From Bacteroidota bacterium (lineage in GTDB: Bacteria; Bacteroidota; Ignavibacteria; T3Sed10-11): a stretch of DNA of 32,387 nucleotides. Below the pieces are notes generated by a model. That model saw only the letters and a list, made by a program, of their open reading frames with translations, was not told where the DNA came from and ran no database searches. The stretch covers positions 1 to 32,387 of the forward strand of contig SKXH01000255.1 in assembly GCA_007128495.1 (NCBI GenBank), in the 5' to 3' direction. Below are positions 1-10,112 of this stretch, in pieces (positions within the stretch are counted from its first letter, which is position 1; each line of letters starts with the position of its first letter). The position numbers and the translations under genes are program-made.

Positions 1-298
1 CAACAGGAGTAACATTGTAGACAATTATTTGTGATGGATTTAATGTGTTCGCTATGTAATTGTCGAATGTTTTGGTCTTGGAGACAACAACATTGCAACA
101 CTCGGCATTTGTGTCGCCAATTATAACAGAGTAATTATTTGCAGTCTCGTGACCGGGATGACAACTATTGCATACCGGTTCCTCCATATCCATTCCCATT
201 GAGCAGATATATTCCACCGCCGCGAATCCGACGTGGAAGAAAGAGAACAGCAGCAGGAAAGCCACTACAAACAGACGATATGTAATTGAATCTTTCAT
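1..298 (-). CDS. Cys-rich membrane-anchored small protein, C-terminus cut by window edge
   Basis: Absent from the ORF track because it runs off base 1. Hand translation of the reverse strand from ATG (298-296) stays open to the edge: MKDSITYRLFVVAFLLLFSFFHVGFAAVEYICSMGMDMEEPVCNSCHPGHETANNYSVIIGDTNAECCNVVVSKTKTFDNYIANTLNPSQIIVYNVTPV. It has a hydrophobic N-terminal anchor followed by C-x-MGMDM, CxxCH and CC motifs. Preferred over the featureless + ORF 168..389. Confidence 0.5.
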   Translation of the reverse strand, partial: MKDSITYRLFVVAFLLLFSFFHVGFAAVEYICSMGMDMEEPVCNSCHPGHETANNYSVIIGDTNAECCNVVVSKTKTFDNYIANTLNPSQIIVYNVTPV

Positions 299-512
299 TG
301 TTAATAATATATACAACAAACGTGCCAATCGCAAGTTCCCGTCAACACTCGTTTTATCGGAAAGCTGTCCCTGGTATTCCAAAATATAAGAAACAACAGG
401 ATAAATACCATACATAATTTCTTATTTTTTGTATAAAATTATCTGTATTGCATTTTTTCATTCATTTGACTACTTTAATTTATTTAGAATTTGTTGAGGG
501 ACAACCTACTAT

Positions 513-1292
513 ATGAGTTATACCCATCTTGAGTACAGCGAACAGGAGCGGGTAGCATACATAACATTAAACCGTCCCGAAAAGCGAAATGCTTTCAACG
601 AGGTGCTCGTCAAAGAACTTGCACAAGCATTTGCCGCGGCGGAGAAATCCGGTAACGTCCGCGTAATAGTTCTTCGGGCAAACGGCAAAGTATTTTGTGC
701 CGGCGCCGATCTCGCCTATATTCAAAAACTGTCGAATTATACTTTTGAGGAGAATCTGGATGATTCTCAATCACTTATGCGTCTCTTTATGCAGATGCAA
801 AAATTAAAAAAGCCCATTATTGCCCAGGTGCAGGGACCTGCACTTGCCGGTGGCTGCGGCCTGGCTACGGTATGCGACATTGTCGTATCGTCGGACAAGG
901 CGATATTCGGATATCCGGAAGCACGAATCGGTTTTGTGGCGGCGCTGGTAATGGTGTTTCTTGTTCGAAAAATAGGTGAGGGGAGGTCCCGTGAGTTGTT
1001 GTTGACGGGTAAAACGATCACCGCGGAAGAGGCAAATTCGTACGGTTTGATTAACGCGGTGACATCCCCCGATGAACTTGAAACGGCGGTGAAAAAATAT
1101 TGTGAACAATTGTCGACGGAGGTGAGCGGTTCATCGATCGCCATTACCAAAGAGATCCTTGCAAAGATACAGGGGATGGATTTACACAATGCTTTGGAGT
1201 TTGCCGCCAGAATGAATGCGGCGACACGAATGACCGATGATTGCAAGAACGGTATAAACGCATTTCTAAATAAAGAACAAATAAAATGGTAA
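513..1292 (+). CDS. Enoyl-CoA hydratase/isomerase (crotonase) family protein
   Basis: 259 aa. Family-typical N-terminus YITLNRPEKRNAF. Oxyanion-hole segments VFCAGADL and GPALAGGCGLA, plus PEARIGF. An AT-rich promoter-like region lies at 390-512. Confidence 0.9.
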   Translation: MSYTHLEYSEQERVAYITLNRPEKRNAFNEVLVKELAQAFAAAEKSGNVRVIVLRANGKVFCAGADLAYIQKLSNYTFEENLDDSQSLMRLFMQMQKLKKPIIAQVQGPALAGGCGLATVCDIVVSSDKAIFGYPEARIGFVAALVMVFLVRKIGEGRSRELLLTGKTITAEEANSYGLINAVTSPDELETAVKKYCEQLSTEVSGSSIAITKEILAKIQGMDLHNALEFAARMNAATRMTDDCKNGINAFLNKEQIKW

Positions 1293-1312
1293 CATAAACG
1301 GAGATTATAACT

Positions 1313-1849
1313 GTGAAACACGATGAAGAATATTTGAAATCTACGATACGCAGTATCCCGAATTTCCCGAAGAAGGGTATTGTCTTTCGTGATATAACTA
1401 CGTTGTTAAAAGATCCGAAGGCCTTGAGACTGGTTATTGATCTTTTTTACGAAGAATACCGGGATAAAAGTATATCCAAGGTCGTGAGTGTCGAATCGAG
1501 AGGTTTCATATTCGGTGCAGCGCTTGCATACAAGTTACAGGCCGGTTTTCTTCCGATACGGAAAAAGGGTAAGCTCCCCGCTGATACGGTACAACAGCAA
1601 TATGCTCTTGAGTACGGTATCGATTCGATGGAGATTCATACCGACGCTATCCAGCCGGGAGACAGGATTATAGTACATGACGATTTACTCGCGACAGGGG
1701 GGACGATCGAGGCCGCCTGTAAATTAGTTGAACGGTTGGAGGGGGAAATAGTAGGATTATCATTTCTTATTGAACTTTCATTCTTGAACGGACGGGAACG
1801 CATTAAGCAATATCCGATCCAGACATTAATAACTTACGACAGCGAATAA
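1313..1849 (+). CDS. apt: Adenine phosphoribosyltransferase
   Basis: 178 aa with a GTG start. Motifs IRSIPNFPKKGIVFRDIT and ESRGFIFG, and the PRPP-binding loop VHDDLLATGGT, are typical of Apt. Confidence 0.9.
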   Translation: MKHDEEYLKSTIRSIPNFPKKGIVFRDITTLLKDPKALRLVIDLFYEEYRDKSISKVVSVESRGFIFGAALAYKLQAGFLPIRKKGKLPADTVQQQYALEYGIDSMEIHTDAIQPGDRIIVHDDLLATGGTIEAACKLVERLEGEIVGLSFLIELSFLNGRERIKQYPIQTLITYDSE

Positions 1850-1858
1850 ACATAGTAC

Positions 1859-2335
1859 ATGCTCTCTATTAATGAACCGGTGCCTGATTTTCCGGCTGAA
1901 ACAGCCGACGGCTCGTCGTTTAGATTATCTGATTTCAAAAATAAAAAAAACCTCGTTTTGTTTTTTTACCCGAAAGCATTTTCTTCGGGCTGCACAAAAC
2001 AAGCGTGTCAGTTTCGGGATGTATATGACGAATTATCGAACTTAAACTGTGAAATTATCGGCGTCAGTTATGACGCTGCAAACCGAAACCGTGATTTTAA
2101 AACCGCACACCGGCTGCCGTATCATCTTATTAGCGATAACGATAAATCCATTGCCCGGCTGTTCGGCGTAACCCGGTTCGGTGGTTTTCTGCCGTTCGTA
2201 AAACGGGTAACATTTGTTATCGATACCGGCGGTATTATCCGTAATGTTATACATCACGAATTCAACATCAATAAACATATTGAGCAAGCACGTCTGACGT
2301 TACAAAATATTATGGGAAAAAATTCTACCGAATGA
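1859..2335 (+). CDS. bcp: Bcp/PrxQ-type peroxiredoxin (cytoplasmic)
   Basis: 158 aa. Active site FFYPKAFSSGCTKQACQFRD with CxxxxC spacing. No signal peptide. Confidence 0.85.
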   Translation: MLSINEPVPDFPAETADGSSFRLSDFKNKKNLVLFFYPKAFSSGCTKQACQFRDVYDELSNLNCEIIGVSYDAANRNRDFKTAHRLPYHLISDNDKSIARLFGVTRFGGFLPFVKRVTFVIDTGGIIRNVIHHEFNINKHIEQARLTLQNIMGKNSTE

Positions 2336-3129
2336 GATGTAACTATACATTATTGACCGCATTTATAGTGTTGTCATTTTTTTACGGGGTGATTTATGCT
2401 GGTGTTGAAGTGGAACGAGTTGACCCTGAAACATTTTCATATGATGAACGGTTGCAATACGTTGTATCATATCTCGGTATTCGTATCGGAACAGTGGAGA
2501 TGCTGAACCGGTATGACGAGAACAACTCCGGTACTATTGACGAAACGGTAATCTCCATGCGAACATTTTCCGGGGTTCCGTTTTTATCAGTATATACAGA
2601 ATTTTTCAGCACGCGCGGCGACGACGGTTATTTCACAAAGTCTGCTACGTTCGACCGAAAGCGTAGCGAATGGGCCTATTATTACGCTTATCGCGATGTG
2701 AATTCAACGCGTATCATTGTTGACAGAGGATACAAAGATAGGAATGATGGAAGAATATCCGATGTCGAGATTGATACGCTCAATCCGGAAACATATGTTC
2801 ACGACGCTCTGACGTTTATTTCGATCCTCCGCGACTCGGCTCATACCGAGAATTTCTATGAGCTCGATATGCTTATCGACCGTGATGTGCAAACCCTGCG
2901 TGTCGAACCGGCCGGTGGAATAGAGAAAATTGAAGTACGTGCTTTTGAGAATGAAAAGGAAGCATATCATACTTCCGGCGTGTTGGAATTTGAAGGCATT
3001 CACGGGTTGAGCCGGAAATATCAAACCTGGATCAGTACAGACGAAAGACGAATCCCGTTAAAAGCCCGTGTGAGAATTGCTATCGGCTCGGTGAAAATTC
3101 GACTTGAGGAATATGAAAACAACAGATAA
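2332..3129 (+). CDS. Exported protein of unknown function, DUF3108-like
   Basis: 265 aa. N-terminal hydrophobic signal (LLTAFIVLSFFYGVIYA). The beta-rich body starting YVVSYLGIRIGTVEM resembles DUF3108 from memory. ATGA overlap with the bcp stop codon. Confidence 0.6.
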   Translation: MRCNYTLLTAFIVLSFFYGVIYAGVEVERVDPETFSYDERLQYVVSYLGIRIGTVEMLNRYDENNSGTIDETVISMRTFSGVPFLSVYTEFFSTRGDDGYFTKSATFDRKRSEWAYYYAYRDVNSTRIIVDRGYKDRNDGRISDVEIDTLNPETYVHDALTFISILRDSAHTENFYELDMLIDRDVQTLRVEPAGGIEKIEVRAFENEKEAYHTSGVLEFEGIHGLSRKYQTWISTDERRIPLKARVRIAIGSVKIRLEEYENNR

Positions 3130-4069
3130 TATAATCAACATACCGTTTGTAAAAATGTCGGCCGCGGGAAATGACTTTGTTCTTCTTGATGAGACACAAC
3201 TTTCGCTGCAGATAAAATATTATGAACTGCTTGCCCGGAAACTCTGTAACAGGAATTACGGGGTGGGTGCAGATGGTTTACTTGTATATAAACGGCATCA
3301 TACTGAGAAGTTCGAGATGGGGTATTATAATGCCGACGGATCGACCGGAGGTATGTGCGGGAACGGAGCGCGTTGTATATCCGCATATCATTTTGATGTG
3401 CACGGAAAAGAACGGCAGTTTGTAACGTTTACGGCATTCGGCCATTTTTATAAGGCAAAAAGGGATGGGAAAAAAATTTCGGTACACATGAAAGATCCAT
3501 CCCATTTGATTACGGATCTGACAATTAATGTAGAGGGGATCGAACTGGATTGTAATTTTATAGATACAGGGTCGCCGCATGTGGTTATTTTTTTCAATGA
3601 TTTACAGAGCACGTATCCGGATTTTAAATATGAAGATTTTAACATAAATCATCTCGGTAGCCGGATACGCCATCACGAAGCATTTCGTCCGCTGGGAACG
3701 AATGTTAATTTTGTGATGCCGGTTTCCGCCGGTACAATACGAGTGAGAACATATGAACGTGGCATTGAAGGGGAAACCCTCGGCTGCGGCACCGGTGCTA
3801 TTGCATCGGCCGTTATTTTTTCTGCAAAGTCAAAAAATGTTCCGCCGGTAGCCGTTCAAACAAAAAGCGGAGAAATTCTTGAAGTAAATTTCTCACATAG
3901 TGAGAAATTTAAAAATTTTTCGGATATTACGTTATCCGGTACTTGGCGATATCACTTTTGGGGTATCGCTTATATTGACGTCGAAGATGAGAAAAATAAC
4001 GGTATAGAATCCATACCCGACTCTACCATACAATCAATGCGTTCACTTACAATTAATCCGGATCGATAA
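3113..4069 (+). CDS. dapF: Diaminopimelate epimerase
   Basis: FVKMSAAGNDFVLLD, GGMCGNGARC (first catalytic Cys), IDTGSPHVV and ERGIEGETLGCGTGAIASA (second catalytic Cys). The track ORF starts at TTG 3104; I chose the in-frame ATG at 3113, and the start remains uncertain. Confidence 0.85.
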   Translation: MKTTDNIINIPFVKMSAAGNDFVLLDETQLSLQIKYYELLARKLCNRNYGVGADGLLVYKRHHTEKFEMGYYNADGSTGGMCGNGARCISAYHFDVHGKERQFVTFTAFGHFYKAKRDGKKISVHMKDPSHLITDLTINVEGIELDCNFIDTGSPHVVIFFNDLQSTYPDFKYEDFNINHLGSRIRHHEAFRPLGTNVNFVMPVSAGTIRVRTYERGIEGETLGCGTGAIASAVIFSAKSKNVPPVAVQTKSGEILEVNFSHSEKFKNFSDITLSGTWRYHFWGIAYIDVEDEKNNGIESIPDSTIQSMRSLTINPDR

Positions 4070-4971
4070 TGCGAACATATACGTTTATAGTTAATCCGAT
4101 AGCAGGAAAGGGAAGAGGGCGGAAATTATTACAAACACTCGACCGTACTATACGAAAGCATTTTCCAGAACCCGAAATCCTCATTACCCAGGACCGTCTG
4201 CATGCACTTGAACTTGCAAAGGACAGAAAAAATCAGCAGGATCGGATCGTTGTAGCTGTTGGAGGTGACGGTACGGTAAATGAGGTTTCAAATGGCCTCA
4301 TCGGCGGGAATGCAATGATGAGTGTTATTCCTATCGGATCGGGAAATGATTTTGTAAAAATGTTCAACATCCCGACCGATATTGAAAAGGCAATTGATAA
4401 AATTAAAAACGGAACGGTGCGGAATTCGGACGCGGGCAGTATTCAAATTGGCTCTTACGACGGCAGTAATCTCAAGCGATACTTTATTAACGGTATCGGT
4501 ATCGGATTCGATGCCGCAGTAGCCCATCAGACCACTAAGTTTAAACATTTGCGAGGCATCAGTTTGTATGCTTTTTCGGTTGCAGTTATTTTGTTCAAGT
4601 ATAAAACCCCGAATTTGCTTTTATCAATGAACGGATCATCAATGAACGGACAACATTTCCTGATAGCTATCGGCAACGGGAAATGTGCCGGCGGTGGATT
4701 TTACCTGACACCTGAGGCAAAAATTGACGACGGCCTCCTCGATGTGTGCTATATCGATAATGTTACTGTTCCCCAGGTTGTTAAAATATTTCCAAGCGTT
4801 ATGAAAGGGAAGCATAAAAAACATAACAAGGTACACTTTGAAAGGACCGATGCGCTCAGCGTCGTTGCACAGAAGGAAATCATGGTTCATGCCGATGGGG
4901 AAGTTCTCGCCACAAAAGCACGTACCATCGATATACAAGTAACCCCCAACGCACTACAGGTTATAGCATAA
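4069..4971 (+). CDS. Diacylglycerol/lipid kinase family protein (YegS/BmrU-like)
   Basis: 300 aa. FIVNPIAGKGRG, VAVGGDGTVNEV and GSGNDF motifs of the DAGK catalytic domain. TAATG stop/start overlap with dapF. Confidence 0.85.
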   Translation: MRTYTFIVNPIAGKGRGRKLLQTLDRTIRKHFPEPEILITQDRLHALELAKDRKNQQDRIVVAVGGDGTVNEVSNGLIGGNAMMSVIPIGSGNDFVKMFNIPTDIEKAIDKIKNGTVRNSDAGSIQIGSYDGSNLKRYFINGIGIGFDAAVAHQTTKFKHLRGISLYAFSVAVILFKYKTPNLLLSMNGSSMNGQHFLIAIGNGKCAGGGFYLTPEAKIDDGLLDVCYIDNVTVPQVVKIFPSVMKGKHKKHNKVHFERTDALSVVAQKEIMVHADGEVLATKARTIDIQVTPNALQVIA

Positions 4972-5038
4972 TCTTGTGGAACATAACCCGCCGTCGCTCT
5001 GTTAAACAATCAAATAGAATTGTAATACTTAAAAATTT

Positions 5039-5467
5039 ATGCAAAAGAAACCCGACAGACGTACCGTACTCAATCGTATTCTCTATCTTTGGGCGGCCGT
5101 GACATCGGTACCTATCATTTCATCCATCATCCGGTTTATTTTTCCACCCGCACGTGCATTCGTCGGATCGAAAGTCATCGGCACGGTAGATGAAATGCAG
5201 CCGAACACCGGTAAGGTCGTTCAGCTTGGTGAACGCCCGGTAATAGTTATTACGACGAAAGATGGTGAACCGATTGCATACGGAGCGAACTGTACACATC
5301 TCGGATGTGTCGTAAGATATCGGGAGGAACGGGGAGATATTTATTGCGCCTGCCATGGCAGCGTTTTTAACATCGAAGGACAGCCGGTTTCGGGACCGGC
5401 AAGCCGTCCGCTTGAGGAGATTCCAATTAAAATTGAGAACGATCAGGTATCAATCACTACTGCGTGA
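5039..5467 (+). CDS. petC: Rieske [2Fe-2S] subunit of a cytochrome b/Rieske complex
   Basis: 142 aa. Tat-like N-terminus (DRRTVLN) followed by a TM helix. Cluster ligand boxes CTHLGC and CACHGSVF. Confidence 0.9.
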   Translation: MQKKPDRRTVLNRILYLWAAVTSVPIISSIIRFIFPPARAFVGSKVIGTVDEMQPNTGKVVQLGERPVIVITTKDGEPIAYGANCTHLGCVVRYREERGDIYCACHGSVFNIEGQPVSGPASRPLEEIPIKIENDQVSITTA

Positions 5468-5486
5468 GGAGAGGAAAACCATAGTT

Positions 5487-6557
5487 ATGTTCTATATTAA
5501 CCGAGCCACCGTAGTCGAATGGTTCCGTAATAGACTCCCGGTTGATACCCTGATGGAGCATTTAACGTCAAAGCAGGTGCCGAGACACAGGCATTCGATC
5601 TGGTATTATTTCGGCGGGCTGACGCTTTTTTTCTTTATCGTTCAGGTGATTACCGGGATTCTGCTTATGTTTTACTACCGGCCGACTCCTGATCACGCAT
5701 ATGAAAGTATTCTTTTTATTATGAATGAAGTCCGATATGGCTGGCTTATCCGGTCTACCCATAGCTGGGCTGCAAATTTAATGATTGGTACGTTATTTAT
5801 TCATTTAATAAGTGTATTTTTTATGCAGGCCTATCGGCCGCCGCGTGAGATGATGTGGATATCTGGTGTTGTTTTATTGGGACTGGTTCTCGGATTTGGA
5901 TTTACCGGCTACTTGTTGCCGTGGGATGAAATGGCTTTTTACGCAACGCAGATCGGAACTGAAATACCTAAATCAATACCAATTGTGGGCGAATCAATAA
6001 TGGTATTATTGCGCGGCGGACAGGAGATCGGTTCGGCAACGCTCACGAGAATGTATTCATTACACGTAGTCGTTTTGCCCCTTGCAACATTGCTCATTGT
6101 CGGATTACACTTATTTTTAAATCAGTATTACGGAGTAAGTACACCGGTCAAGACCACAAAGAGAAAGAATTCAATACAATTCTTTCCTAATTACATGCTC
6201 CGTGATCTACGAGTATGGCTAATTGCGTTTCTGGCATTATTATCGGTTGCAATGATTTATCCATGGGGACTGGGGGAAGAAGCGGATATTCTTAAACCGG
6301 CACCGGAGGGTATCAAGCCCGAATGGTATTTCTTACCGTTATATCAAACATTAAAAATTGTTCCGCCCCGAATATGGTATTTTGACGGTGAGGCGCTTGT
6401 GAATATTGTGTTTTTATTCGGGGGAATTTTACTTATAGTCCTACCGTTCATTGACCGGAGATCACGAAATAAAGAAAGAAATATTTTCATCAAAGTAGTT
6501 GGTCTTATAATTCTAATTTACTTAATAGGAATGACAATATTTGCTTATATGGATTAA
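5487..6557 (+). CDS. petB: Cytochrome b (b6-like N-part fused to subunit IV-like C-part)
   Basis: 356 aa from ATG 5487, with a purine-rich GAGGAGAGG upstream. The track start at 5355 would overlap the Rieske gene by 113 nt. His-bearing helices RSTHSWAANLM, LFIHLISVFF, MYSLHVVVLPL and VGLHLFLN. Qo-site PEWY motif (KPEWYFLPLYQ). Confidence 0.9.
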   Translation: MFYINRATVVEWFRNRLPVDTLMEHLTSKQVPRHRHSIWYYFGGLTLFFFIVQVITGILLMFYYRPTPDHAYESILFIMNEVRYGWLIRSTHSWAANLMIGTLFIHLISVFFMQAYRPPREMMWISGVVLLGLVLGFGFTGYLLPWDEMAFYATQIGTEIPKSIPIVGESIMVLLRGGQEIGSATLTRMYSLHVVVLPLATLLIVGLHLFLNQYYGVSTPVKTTKRKNSIQFFPNYMLRDLRVWLIAFLALLSVAMIYPWGLGEEADILKPAPEGIKPEWYFLPLYQTLKIVPPRIWYFDGEALVNIVFLFGGILLIVLPFIDRRSRNKERNIFIKVVGLIILIYLIGMTIFAYMD

Positions 6558-6561
6558 AGCT

Positions 6562-6756
6562 ATGTCTGCCAACCTGATGTTTATTCTTACGATTGTAAAT
6601 TCAAATGTCGAGCGGGTTGCACTTGAACTGCCGGCTTTTGAAGAACGAATTAATTTATTATTAATAATCGGGGTTTTGATATTAGGGTTGATATTATTGA
6701 TATCGCTAAAAATATACCAGCTTGAAAGTCAGGGAGAAGGGAGAAAGAACGGATAA
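6562..6756 (+). CDS. Hypothetical 64-aa single-pass membrane protein
   Basis: ATG lies 5 nt after the cytochrome b stop codon. One clear TM helix (LLLIIGVLILGLILLISL) and a charged tail. No recognisable family and only a weak RBS. Confidence 0.35.
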   Translation: MSANLMFILTIVNSNVERVALELPAFEERINLLLIIGVLILGLILLISLKIYQLESQGEGRKNG

Positions 6757-6806
6757 ATAGCGGATGGAGGATATTTAGCCATAAGCCCTACTTAACATAA
6801 TATATA

Positions 6807-7703
6807 TTATGCGACATTTCCTTTTTTCAGCATTTGCTTGCGCTCACGGTACAGCTGCCCGATTGTGGCACCCAATAAGAACACGATTGATGAATAATAC
6901 AGCCACAATGCTGTCACTGCAAGAACGGTAAGTGCACCGTATATTCGTGTTATGTTGCTGAAGTTAGTCAGATATAATCCAAAAAAATATTTTGCTATCT
7001 CCCACAGTATCGCTGAAATTGTTGATGCAACAACAAGAACATCGAACGATAATTTAACAAACGGTAAAAATCTGTACAGAACCAGAAACATTGTCCACGT
7101 TAATACAAATCCTATTATGATTGGCAGTGAGCCCGGAATCCACACAGCTTCCAATATCTCAATATGATCAAATACTATTTGTTTAACAACATAGATCAGC
7201 GTGCTCCCGAACAATGTTACTAAAAATAAAATGCCCATAATTATCAGCACCTGAAAATCGCGCAATTTCTGTACAAAAATATTTTTTGTTACTGTAACTT
7301 TAAAGATTTCATTCAGAATGGTACGGGCGGCTCCAAATAGAAATGTGGCAATCCACAACACACCGACAAGTCCCACAATGCCGGCCGTTTGCCGGTAATT
7401 CACAAGATCGTCAAGCCGGGTTTGAATTTGATGTCTAATCTCTTCTTCATATCCGGGCAGCATAATAAACTGTCCGATGGTTTCCTCCACAAGATCCATT
7501 GACTCCTCGGTAGACAGAAAGAAACCGAATGCAGAAAATATCAAGACTAACCACGGAATTAAACACAGCATTACGCCGAATGCCAGACTTGCACCGTGGA
7601 TCATTAAATGTTCGGATGTAAAGCGTTCATATATTCCAACGATATAATATTTGAGCGCTAATAAGAACTTCCTCAGCCGTGGATCAATTATAAATATTTT
7701 CAC
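6807..7703 (-). CDS. YihY/BrkB family inner-membrane protein
   Basis: 298 aa and polytopic. The N-region [21 protein letters not shown] and overall topology match the YihY family. 4-nt overlap with the purL stop codon. Confidence 0.8.
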   Translation of the reverse strand: MKIFIIDPRLRKFLLALKYYIVGIYERFTSEHLMIHGASLAFGVMLCLIPWLVLIFSAFGFFLSTEESMDLVEETIGQFIMLPGYEEEIRHQIQTRLDDLVNYRQTAGIVGLVGVLWIATFLFGAARTILNEIFKVTVTKNIFVQKLRDFQVLIIMGILFLVTLFGSTLIYVVKQIVFDHIEILEAVWIPGSLPIIIGFVLTWTMFLVLYRFLPFVKLSFDVLVVASTISAILWEIAKYFFGLYLTNFSNITRIYGALTVLAVTALWLYYSSIVFLLGATIGQLYRERKQMLKKGNVA

Positions 7704-9982
7704 TGTACCGTATTCACTATTTGTTTGCTCTCAGCACGTTCCATTGTCTTTCGTATACTGTTAAAATATTGTTCAGACAATACATCAATAGGTAATGAGA
7801 TATTGCTATTGATTGTAAGTTTTTCACCGCCTACAACACCAATTTTTTCCAACATTATACTTGAATGATTTGTTTGTAATACTTTTATTTTATTTACGTT
7901 AGTTGCTTTAACTGAAACTAAAATCCTGCTTTGACCTTCTGAGAAATACAGAATATCCGGGCGAATGCCGCCGGATGGTATTTCAATTTTTGCACCAATC
8001 GCCTTATTATTACCGGTGATGCAACATTCAGCAAGTGCAACAGCTAATCCGCCTTCAGAGATATCGTGTGCAGACTCGATAATCCCCTGTTTAATTGCGT
8101 CTAAAATGAAATCCTGAAGTTGTTTTTCCAATTGAAGATCAATCGGTGGTGCATCTCCTGTAATTTGTTTATGAATTAACGCAAGATACTCAGATCCACC
8201 AAGATGTCCTCCTGTTGCGTTTCCGGCTATAAATATTTTGTCACCTTCATTTACAAATCCGGATTGTGTTATGTGCGACATATCTTCTACGACGCCAAGC
8301 ATACCGATTACCGGTGTTGGATATACCCGGTCGGCAGGGCTTTCATTATAAAAGCTAACGTTCCCCCCTGTTACGGGCGTATCGAATATTGTACAAGCAT
8401 CCCGCATCCCTGCAATAGCTTCGGAGAATTGGTAATATATTTCCGGGTCATAGGGATTGCCGAAATTAAGGCAATTGGTAATTGCGACTGGAGTTGCGCC
8501 GGAGCAAACTACATTTCTTGCCGACTCAGCAACGGCAATTTGTGCTCCCCGTCTCGGATTAAGATAAACATACCTCCCGTTACAATCCGTAGAAACAGCT
8601 ATCGCTTTATCCGTTTTCTTCACACGTACAACCGCAGCATCCGAGCCCGGTCCGATAATCGTATTTGTCTGGACCATTGAGTCGTATTGTTCATATACCC
8701 ATTGTTTGCTCGCAATGTTCGGTGTACCTAATAATTTCAGAAGAACATCATTGTAATCAGAAGGTTCATTGTAATGCTGCACGTTTATAGAGGTTAATTC
8801 ATTCAGATATTTCGGTCGTCTGGTTTCACGTTTATAAACCGGAGCATCACCTCCGAGCACAAGAGAACGTGCCGGCATACTTGCCTTTAAATCATTGTCT
8901 TTCCAAAAATGTAAATATTTATCATCGGTCACTGTGCCAATAGTAACGGCGTGCAAATCCCATTTTTTAAAAATATCATGTACACGGTTCTCGTATCCTT
9001 TTTTTACCACCATCAACATTCGTTCCTGTGATTCCGAGAGAAGGATTTCGTAAGCAGACATATTTTCCTCTCTGATGGGAACGAGGTCAAGATTAATATC
9101 CATCCCGGAACCGCCCCGAAAGCTCATCTCCGACGTTGAACAAATAATTCCGGCGGCGCCCATATCCTGTATACCTATCAGGTAGTTAGCTTTGATGACC
9201 TCAAGTGTTGCCTCTAATAATAGTTTCTCTGTGAAAGGGTCGCCAACCTGCACCGAGGGGCGTCTGCTTTCAGATTCCTCGCTTAAATCTTCCGAGGCAA
9301 ATGTTGCCCCGTGTATGCCATCCCGCCCCGTTGCCGATCCCACTATCATCACCGGGTTACCCGTCCCCTTTGCAACGGCTGAAGCAACCCGGCTGTGCCG
9401 AACAACACCCACTGCCATCGCATTCACAAGCGGGTTATCGGTATAAGATTTGTCAAAATAGACCTCCCCCCCTACCGTCGGCACACCGAAACAATTACCA
9501 TAATCTCCTATTCCTTTTACAACATTGCGGAAAAGATATTTTACCTGCGGGTTCTCGATATCGCCGAAGCGGAGAGAATTTAATGCGGCAATCGGCCGTG
9601 CTCCCATTGTAAAAATATCCCGCAGGATCCCACCTACTCCGGTCGCAGCTCCCTGGTATGGTTCTATTGCCGACGGATGATTGTGGCTTTCGATCTTAAA
9701 AGCGATTGCCTGACCATCACCGATATCGACTAAACCGGCATTTTCTTCACCTGCTTCAACAAGTAGTCGTTCTCCGGTTTTCGGTAGTGTTTTTAACAAA
9801 GCGATTGAATTCTTATAGCTGCAATGCTCGCTCCACATAACACTATAACATCCAAGCTCTGTGAAGTTCGGTTCCCTGCCGAGTAATTCGACGATTCTGT
9901 TATACTCCCACTCTGTTAAACCGTGTTCTTGTGTAAGCTCAAGTGTTACTTCAGGTTCTTTATAGGTTTCTGAATGCTTCAT
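7700..9982 (-). CDS. purL: Phosphoribosylformylglycinamide synthase subunit II
   Basis: 760 aa. Motifs [11 protein letters not shown] and [25 protein letters not shown], with the duplicated AIR-synthase-like architecture typical of small PurL. Confidence 0.95.
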   Translation of the reverse strand: MKHSETYKEPEVTLELTQEHGLTEWEYNRIVELLGREPNFTELGCYSVMWSEHCSYKNSIALLKTLPKTGERLLVEAGEENAGLVDIGDGQAIAFKIESHNHPSAIEPYQGAATGVGGILRDIFTMGARPIAALNSLRFGDIENPQVKYLFRNVVKGIGDYGNCFGVPTVGGEVYFDKSYTDNPLVNAMAVGVVRHSRVASAVAKGTGNPVMIVGSATGRDGIHGATFASEDLSEESESRRPSVQVGDPFTEKLLLEATLEVIKANYLIGIQDMGAAGIICSTSEMSFRGGSGMDINLDLVPIREENMSAYEILLSESQERMLMVVKKGYENRVHDIFKKWDLHAVTIGTVTDDKYLHFWKDNDLKASMPARSLVLGGDAPVYKRETRRPKYLNELTSINVQHYNEPSDYNDVLLKLLGTPNIASKQWVYEQYDSMVQTNTIIGPGSDAAVVRVKKTDKAIAVSTDCNGRYVYLNPRRGAQIAVAESARNVVCSGATPVAITNCLNFGNPYDPEIYYQFSEAIAGMRDACTIFDTPVTGGNVSFYNESPADRVYPTPVIGMLGVVEDMSHITQSGFVNEGDKIFIAGNATGGHLGGSEYLALIHKQITGDAPPIDLQLEKQLQDFILDAIKQGIIESAHDISEGGLAVALAECCITGNNKAIGAKIEIPSGGIRPDILYFSEGQSRILVSVKATNVNKIKVLQTNHSSIMLEKIGVVGGEKLTINSNISLPIDVLSEQYFNSIRKTMERAESKQIVNTVQ

Positions 9983-10041
9983 AAATCTAAGGTATTGATT
10001 GTAAAAGTTTTACTTAATATAAAATACAAAATAGTAGGGAG

Positions 10042-10084
10042 AAATAAAAAGCCCGGAGGAAATACGACTGATCTCCAACCGGGC
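10042..10084 (-). terminator. Rho-independent terminator after the fadL-SGNH operon
   Basis: The minus strand reads GCCCGGttGGAG-loop-CTCCGGGC followed by TTTTTATTTC. It begins 29 nt downstream of the SGNH stop codon. Confidence 0.6.
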
Positions 10085-10112
10085 AGTATTGTATTATGAA
10101 ATTATGGACTCT

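Noticed and set aside
168-389. 73-aa + strand ORF in the ORF track
   Set aside because: It has no recognisable motifs or RBS. It lies antisense to a better ORF (1..298, minus strand) that has a clear N-terminal anchor and Cys motifs.
767-1321. 184-aa minus-strand ORF overlapping the crotonase gene
   Set aside because: It is a shadow ORF antisense to a gene with unmistakable crotonase motifs. Its composition is low-complexity and Cys/Ser-rich.
3980-4069. C-terminal tail of about 30 aa on DapF beyond the usual family end
   Set aside because: The tail looks low-complexity (VEDEKNNGIESIPDSTIQSMRSLTINPDR) and both catalytic Cys blocks are intact. It is probably a lineage-specific disordered tail and not worth a separate claim without alignments.
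5355-5486. N-terminal 44-codon extension of the cytochrome b ORF
   Set aside because: It would overlap the Rieske gene by 113 nt, and the extension is Arg-rich nonsense. The internal ATG at 5487 follows a purine-rich SD, and the MFYINRATVVEWF start fits the cytochrome b family.
8204-8680. 158-aa + strand ORF inside purL
   Set aside because: It is antisense to a highly conserved gene. It is Cys/Arg/Tyr-rich with no motifs.
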